Virus record (IMG/VR): IMGVR_UViG_3300010346_002895
Length of the DNA: 64,000 nt
Reading direction: 5' to 3' (one strand)
DNA from: an uncultured virus (IMG/VR IMGVR_UViG_3300010346_002895)
Taxonomy: Duplodnaviria > Heunggongvirae > Uroviricota > Caudoviricetes
Translations under genes and position numbers: made by a program
Shown here: positions 59,154-64,000 of the stretch, piece after piece
How the letters are laid out: every line of letters begins with the position of its first letter
Numbering within the stretch: position 1 is the stretch's first letter
The notes under the pieces: generated by a model
What the model saw: only the letters and a program-made list of their open reading frames with translations
Databases searched by the model: none
What the model was told of the DNA's origin: nothing

Positions 59154-59639
59154 TTGAATATGCAGACAGTTGAAGGTTCGTTTTTTGCCGTCTTCAACGC
59201 GGATACCGGTGACTACGATGTCGGCATTCCGAAAATAGCGGTGACCGATCCCGAGGACGGACAGGAGAAAGTATTCGGCGACACGGGAGGGCTGTTCTGT
59301 CCGTTCCGCGAGTCCGGGTTCCAGTTCCCGCTTCTCGCGCCGGACGCGCAGAGAAAGGTGGCGAAGCCGCCAGCCATGCGCAGTCGTATGGTCTCCGGCA
59401 AGAAACCGATCTACGCGCACGCGATGATCCTCGACCGAGGCGGTCCCGTGTGGAACGACACCATCGTGTGCCGCGACCTGATCGTCACGGAGCTTACCGC
59501 AGAGGAGTGTCTCGGCTTCCTTCACAAAGTTCCCACGCGGCTCCTGCAAAGCTACCGCATCGTGGAATCGGTCATTGTCCTGGCGCCGCCCGCCGCGTGG
59601 GGCGAAGACTACACGGTTTGCGAGATCGGAGGTGAATAA
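59154..59639 (+). CDS. Hypothetical protein
   Basis: AAGGAGG RBS; start may be ATG 59160. Confidence 0.65.
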   Translation: MNMQTVEGSFFAVFNADTGDYDVGIPKIAVTDPEDGQEKVFGDTGGLFCPFRESGFQFPLLAPDAQRKVAKPPAMRSRMVSGKKPIYAHAMILDRGGPVWNDTIVCRDLIVTELTAEECLGFLHKVPTRLLQSYRIVESVIVLAPPAAWGEDYTVCEIGGE

Positions 59640-59642
59640 CCA

Positions 59643-60035
59643 GTGGAAAATAATTTGATCGTGCAGTTGGGAAGCGTGCTGTTGACGCTCGTCATCTCAC
59701 TCTTCGGCATCTTCCGCGGGCTGGTGCCGAAAATTCTGGAATCGTTCGAGAAACGCCTCGCGGATAAGGATTCTGTTCTCGCGCAGCAGAATACCGCGCT
59801 CGACGAGGTGTGCAAGGAGCGGAAGTCGCTTACAGACAATTTTCTCAAGTCATTGAACGACGTGGTCGTTCAGAATTCAACTTCAATGACGGCTCTTACG
59901 CAGACGCTTTCCGAGTTTCGCAAGCAGATGCACGACGACCATGCTGTGCAACATGAAAACCACCGCGACATTTTGTCTCTCTTGCAGGAGAAGAAACCGA
60001 AGTCCCGCGCCGCCGCAGGCTCGCGGAAATCATAA
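59643..60035 (+). CDS. Holin-like membrane protein
   Basis: One N-terminal TM helix plus coiled coil, basic C-terminus. Confidence 0.55.
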   Translation: MENNLIVQLGSVLLTLVISLFGIFRGLVPKILESFEKRLADKDSVLAQQNTALDEVCKERKSLTDNFLKSLNDVVVQNSTSMTALTQTLSEFRKQMHDDHAVQHENHRDILSLLQEKKPKSRAAAGSRKS

Positions 60036-60071
60036 ATCCGGGCATCGCCCGAAAGAAAGAGGAGGCATTTT

Positions 60072-60497
60072 ATGAACTTATCGTTCGAGCAGTTGTTCCA
60101 AATCGTCACAGCGCTCGTGCCGCTGATTGTGGCTGTGATCGGAATTCTGATGAAGCTCAGTCACGAAGATCGTGAGGAATTAAGTCACGCCGCCGACTCC
60201 GCGCTCAAACGTCTCACCGCCGGCGAGATAGATTCCACGCACGCGAAGGAACTCATTCTCGCCACAGGTCTCATTTCGGAGAAAAAGGTGGACAAGGTCG
60301 TCGCGGCTGTGGACGCGGTAAACAGCAAAGTCACCATTCGTAAGAAAAAAGGCGAACCCCTCGAAATCTTCACGGACAAACTTATTCCCGGCGTCGGCGT
60401 GACTGTGGACACAACCGGCGAGGTGAAGATCGAGCCGACCACTCTTACGGCCAAAGTCGGCCACAAGATCGGGAAGTGGCTCAAGAAACAATTCTGA
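60072..60497 (+). CDS. Membrane-anchored protein (lysis module)
   Basis: N-terminal TM segment, GGAGG RBS. Confidence 0.55.
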   Translation: MNLSFEQLFQIVTALVPLIVAVIGILMKLSHEDREELSHAADSALKRLTAGEIDSTHAKELILATGLISEKKVDKVVAAVDAVNSKVTIRKKKGEPLEIFTDKLIPGVGVTVDTTGEVKIEPTTLTAKVGHKIGKWLKKQF

Positions 60498-60525
60498 TTT
60501 GACTGAAGTCTCGACGGAAATCATT

Positions 60526-60563
60526 CGGGGGTCGGCGTAGGTTTGCCGGTCCCCGTTTATTTT
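60526..60563 (+). terminator. Intrinsic terminator ending the late operon
   Basis: CGGGGGTCGGC/GCCGGTCCCCG stem plus TTTATTTT. Confidence 0.7.
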
Positions 60564-60569
60564 GCATTC

Positions 60570-62072
60570 CTATGTTTTCCTCTGTTTTTTTGCAGCCTTT
60601 ACAGCCTCCGACCATGAACCGAAATGGCGATTTGCCGCGCCATATAAAGCCCCGTTGTCCGATTTCACAGCCTCGCTGTTAATCGCTTTGCCCTGTCGCA
60701 TTCTGTCTTGAATGGTTTTTACAATTACATCCTTGTTCCAACGGCGCTTTTTGCGATGCTTCTCGTAGTTTATACACGCGGCTTCAACGGCCTTTTCCCA
60801 CGTTCCGAAGATACGACTTGCCCCTCTGACAAGTCCGCCGTCGTCCTGGTGGACAGCACTGACGTTTATTTTTCTCCCTTCTTTGAGCCGGTTTCTTATA
60901 AACATTTTTACTTTTCTCTCATCCCATTGTCTGATCTTTCGGTAATCATCATAGTTTGTAATCCCCGCAGCGCGAACGGCTTTTTCCCATCCTCCGAAAA
61001 AACGAACGGCCCACCAAAACAATCTACCGTGCTCCGCCGCGACTTTTCTGGAGATCAGGTCAGCGTCGCTTGCCTGCAATTGTTTGATGTTTTTCAACAC
61101 ACGTTCTTTTGTCCAAATCGGAATAAGGGTAATTTTCTCATAATCGATACCCGCCGCTTCAATCGCGCTTTTCCAATTTCCGAAGTGCTTTGTTCCCGCG
61201 TTCATTAATCCCATATCTTCTTCTCTTATTGCTTTCATATTGAGGTTTTTACCTTCTTTGTATCTCTTCCTTATGGCTTCCTTCACTTTTTCCCTGTTCC
61301 ATTTACGCCCCGGTTCGGGGGCATGCTTTTCATAGTCAAATCCCGCCGCTTCGACCGCCTCTGTCCATGTGCCGAAATAAAGCCTCGCGGCCTGGTGCAA
61401 TTTATTGTCATCACGCTGTACCGATAGGCTGTTGATAGCCTTTTCCTGAGAGGCCCGCTTCCTTATGGCACTGATTACTTTTTCCGCGCTCCATACAATG
61501 TGGGGTAAATGAGATTCGTAGTCTATCCCGGCGGCAAGCACCGCATTTTTCCATGAGCCGAACCATAATTGCGCCGCCCAGAACAATTTACTGTGTTTTT
61601 CTTTCACCCGTCCGGCGCATAGATTCTCTCCCCTGGATTCCAAAAGACATATTTCCCTTTTAATCCTTCTTTCAGACCATGCCTGCGTCATGCGAATTCT
61701 GTTGTAGTCATAACCCGCAGCTTCGACCGCCGCCTGCCACGTGCCAAAATGCCCCCTGGCAGCTCCTACTAACCCGTGGTCTTCTCTTTCAACTTCTTTG
61801 TACCACAGTCCTTTCTTTTCCCGTTTCCGTTCTTTTATAGCCTCCACGACCTTCTTCTTATTCCATTTTTTCTTTGCGGGATAATTGAGCGGAATACCGT
61901 TATCCTCGAATGCCCCGGGCCAACTACCATAGTAACGTTGAACCGCATGTACCAACCCAGGATCGTATTCAGCCACGCTTTTTTGTCTTAAGTCGGCTCC
62001 TCGTTTGTATAACGCCCACAACGCCGCTTTTACCGCCGTCTTGTTCCATGTTCTCTGGTGCGGCTTTCTCAT
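60570..62072 (-). CDS. Protein of eight ~62-aa helical repeats (homing-endonuclease-associated-repeat-like), putative DNA binder
   Basis: W-x4-V..I ... L..AA...FG.W..AV.AAG repeated 8 times; very basic. Confidence 0.75.
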   Translation of the reverse strand: MRKPHQRTWNKTAVKAALWALYKRGADLRQKSVAEYDPGLVHAVQRYYGSWPGAFEDNGIPLNYPAKKKWNKKKVVEAIKERKREKKGLWYKEVEREDHGLVGAARGHFGTWQAAVEAAGYDYNRIRMTQAWSERRIKREICLLESRGENLCAGRVKEKHSKLFWAAQLWFGSWKNAVLAAGIDYESHLPHIVWSAEKVISAIRKRASQEKAINSLSVQRDDNKLHQAARLYFGTWTEAVEAAGFDYEKHAPEPGRKWNREKVKEAIRKRYKEGKNLNMKAIREEDMGLMNAGTKHFGNWKSAIEAAGIDYEKITLIPIWTKERVLKNIKQLQASDADLISRKVAAEHGRLFWWAVRFFGGWEKAVRAAGITNYDDYRKIRQWDERKVKMFIRNRLKEGRKINVSAVHQDDGGLVRGASRIFGTWEKAVEAACINYEKHRKKRRWNKDVIVKTIQDRMRQGKAINSEAVKSDNGALYGAANRHFGSWSEAVKAAKKQRKT

Positions 62073-62234
62073 GAAATAAACCTTGCGAGCGCCTTCCGGT
62101 GAATCTTCACAAACACAATCCCATTTATAAGAAATGATATTTCATTTTGTGGAAACACTTCAAGCTCGAAGACATAACGTGCTGAGGTTTGAGAAAAGCA
62201 TTTCCGCGTCGCCGAAAGACTTTTTTAATTCAGC

Positions 62235-62322
62235 TTGACTTTAAAAAGATGTCATCGCTTAATCTGATCGCTTGGCTTCAGGCCGGGCACATCTGATGTG
62301 ATTCGGGATGTTTTCAGATGTG
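62235..62322 (+). promoter_or_regulatory. Putative promoter and att-like inverted repeat upstream of the serine recombinase
   Basis: TTGACT-N17-CTTAAT (62235-62263); CACATCTGA (62288) / TCAGATGTG (62314). Confidence 0.5.
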
Positions 62323-62343
62323 ATAAAAACAGGCCGGAATCAG

Positions 62344-64000
62344 ATGGTAAAACGAAATTTGAAATCAGTCTTGGGAACATCGCCCCGGAGGCAGCCGAGG
62401 GACGCGCGGACTGAAATGAGAGGGGGAAAGACCACGGACAAGAACAATGAAAACAGGATCACGGTGGCCGGGTACGTCCGCGTTCTGTGGGACGAAATCG
62501 TCGGGACAGCCGAACAGCAGATGGAGCGCATCAGGGACTTCGCCGCGGCGCACAACATGGATGTCGTCCGTTTTTACACGGATGACGCCGTGGAGACCAC
62601 GAGCACGGGCGAATACGCCTGTGAGCAATTTGAAAGGATGCTGAGCGAAATCGAGGGCGGCTCGGCCGATTTTCAGTTGGTTCTCATCCAGGACAGGAGC
62701 CGCTGGGGCGTTTCACCCGACGGCGACGACGGCGAATACCTTGAATACATCTGTCGCCGCTCCGGCGTAGACGTCCTTTTCTGCTCGGGCGGCACAACGC
62801 GCAACAGGGATTATTACCCTACCGCCGAAGAGCAGTTGATGAGATTCGGAAGGCCCGCCGAAGAAGAACAACCCGCTGTGCGCGCCGCGATGTACGTCCG
62901 GATGTCCACCGAGCACCAGCAGTATTCGACGGAAAATCAGATGGACAGGATGAAGGAATACGCCGCCGAGCGCAACATGGAAATCGCGCACGTCTATTCC
63001 GATGAGGGGAAAAGCGGGCTTCGCATCGAGGGGCGCGACGCGCTCAAGCAGCTCATTCTCGACGTGGAAAACGGCAAGGCGGATTTCGACGTCATCCTCG
63101 TTTATGACGTCAGCCGGTGGGGGCGTTTTCAGGACGCCGACGAGAGTGGCTATTACGAATACCTGTGCCGCAAAGCCGGAATCCGCGTGATTTATTGCGC
63201 CGAACAGTTCACGAACGACGGCAGTCCCGTCGCCACGATAGTCAAAGGCGTCAAACGCGCCATGGCCGGGGAATACAGCCGCGAACTGTCGGAAAAGGTG
63301 TTCGACGGCCAGTGCCGCCTGATCCGGATGGGGTACCGTCAGGGCGGGCCCGCGGGCTACGGGCTGCGGCGGCTTCTGATTGATCAAACGGGCAAACCAA
63401 AGACCGAACTCGCCATCGGCGAGATGAAAAGCATCCAGACCGACCGCGTTATCCTCGTGCCGGGGCCCGACGGGGAAGTCGAAACCGTCAGGTGGATATA
63501 CCGCCAGTTCGTGGAAGCCGGAAAATTTGAACGTGAAATTGCGGACATGCTCAACGCCCGGGGAATCAAGACGGATTTCGGAAGGAAATGGACCCGCGGC
63601 TCGGTGCAGCAGGTACTCACGAATGAAAAGTACATCGGAAACAACGTCTACAACCGGATCAGTTTCAAGCTAAAGATGATCCGGATAAAGAATCCCCCCG
63701 ATCTGTGGGTGCGGGCGGACGGGGTCTTCAACTCGATTGTGGAACCGAGCCTTTTCTATCAGGCGCAGGGAATTATCACGGAGCGGGCGCGGAAATTCAC
63801 CAATGAGGAACTCATAGAAAAACTCAAGGCGCTGTACAACAAGAACGGTTATCTTTCGGGTATCATCATAGACGAATGCGAGGATTTGCCCGGCAGCTCG
63901 GTATTTCAGCGCCGGTTCGGCAGCCTTATCCGCGCGTACCGGCTTGTCGGATACGAGCCCGACCGCGACTACGCCTACATAGAAATCAACCGGTACCTGC
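62344..64000 (+). CDS. Large serine recombinase with an extra degenerate N-terminal resolvase domain (truncated by window end)
   Basis: Open frame from ATG 62344 or 62416; YVRMSTEHQQYS, YDVSRWGR, AMAGEYSRELS, GYGLRR, NEKYIG. Confidence 0.9.
   Translation, partial: MVKRNLKSVLGTSPRRQPRDARTEMRGGKTTDKNNENRITVAGYVRVLWDEIVGTAEQQMERIRDFAAAHNMDVVRFYTDDAVETTSTGEYACEQFERMLSEIEGGSADFQLVLIQDRSRWGVSPDGDDGEYLEYICRRSGVDVLFCSGGTTRNRDYYPTAEEQLMRFGRPAEEEQPAVRAAMYVRMSTEHQQYSTENQMDRMKEYAAERNMEIAHVYSDEGKSGLRIEGRDALKQLILDVENGKADFDVILVYDVSRWGRFQDADESGYYEYLCRKAGIRVIYCAEQFTNDGSPVATIVKGVKRAMAGEYSRELSEKVFDGQCRLIRMGYRQGGPAGYGLRRLLIDQTGKPKTELAIGEMKSIQTDRVILVPGPDGEVETVRWIYRQFVEAGKFEREIADMLNARGIKTDFGRKWTRGSVQQVLTNEKYIGNNVYNRISFKLKMIRIKNPPDLWVRADGVFNSIVEPSLFYQAQGIITERARKFTNEELIEKLKALYNKNGYLSGIIIDECEDLPGSSVFQRRFGSLIRAYRLVGYEPDRDYAYIEINRYL

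Larger units (their letters stand above)
1522..62100. mobile_element. Prophage with contractile tail, integrated at tRNA-Ala; right boundary uncertain
   Basis: Integrase, replication module, terminase, portal, protease, capsid, sheath, tube, tape measure, baseplate, fibres and amidase in phage order. Confidence 0.9.

Overview
Most of the window (~1.5-62 kb) is a large, apparently intact temperate myovirus-type prophage. Its left end is a 3' fragment of tRNA-Ala(GGC) followed by arm-type repeats; no matching right att copy was seen in the window. Gene order: AT-rich NACHT/STAND-nuclease defence-like cargo; a tyrosine integrase with an SSV1-type catalytic signature; a long inverted repeat; a sigma-like regulator; recombination/replication genes (PD-(D/E)XK nuclease, AAA_24, DUF669, phosphoesterase, ERCC4, RecD2, primase-helicase, iteron origin); terminases interrupted by a reverse-oriented Xer-like cassette; portal; head genes; a contractile tail/baseplate/fibre module; lysis genes; and an 8-repeat DNA-binding protein. 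A decayed radical SAM gene lies at the left edge and a large serine recombinase, probably from a second element, runs off the right edge. Most unusual points: (1) a single ORF fusing two N6-adenine DNA methyltransferases to the prohead protease and scaffold, suggesting capsid-packaged methylases; (2) a ~110-nt structured element with AGYCCGG repeats, covarying stems and a terminator, present twice in the late region, the first copy directly behind a DUF2292-like micro-gene (candidate protein-RNA antitermination system); (3) a 1509-aa MuF minor head protein with kinase and ART-like domains plus two possible immunity genes; (4) a switch region with no visible CI repressor, built on mirrored promoter-like motifs. 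All calls come from reading motifs by eye; no searches were run.
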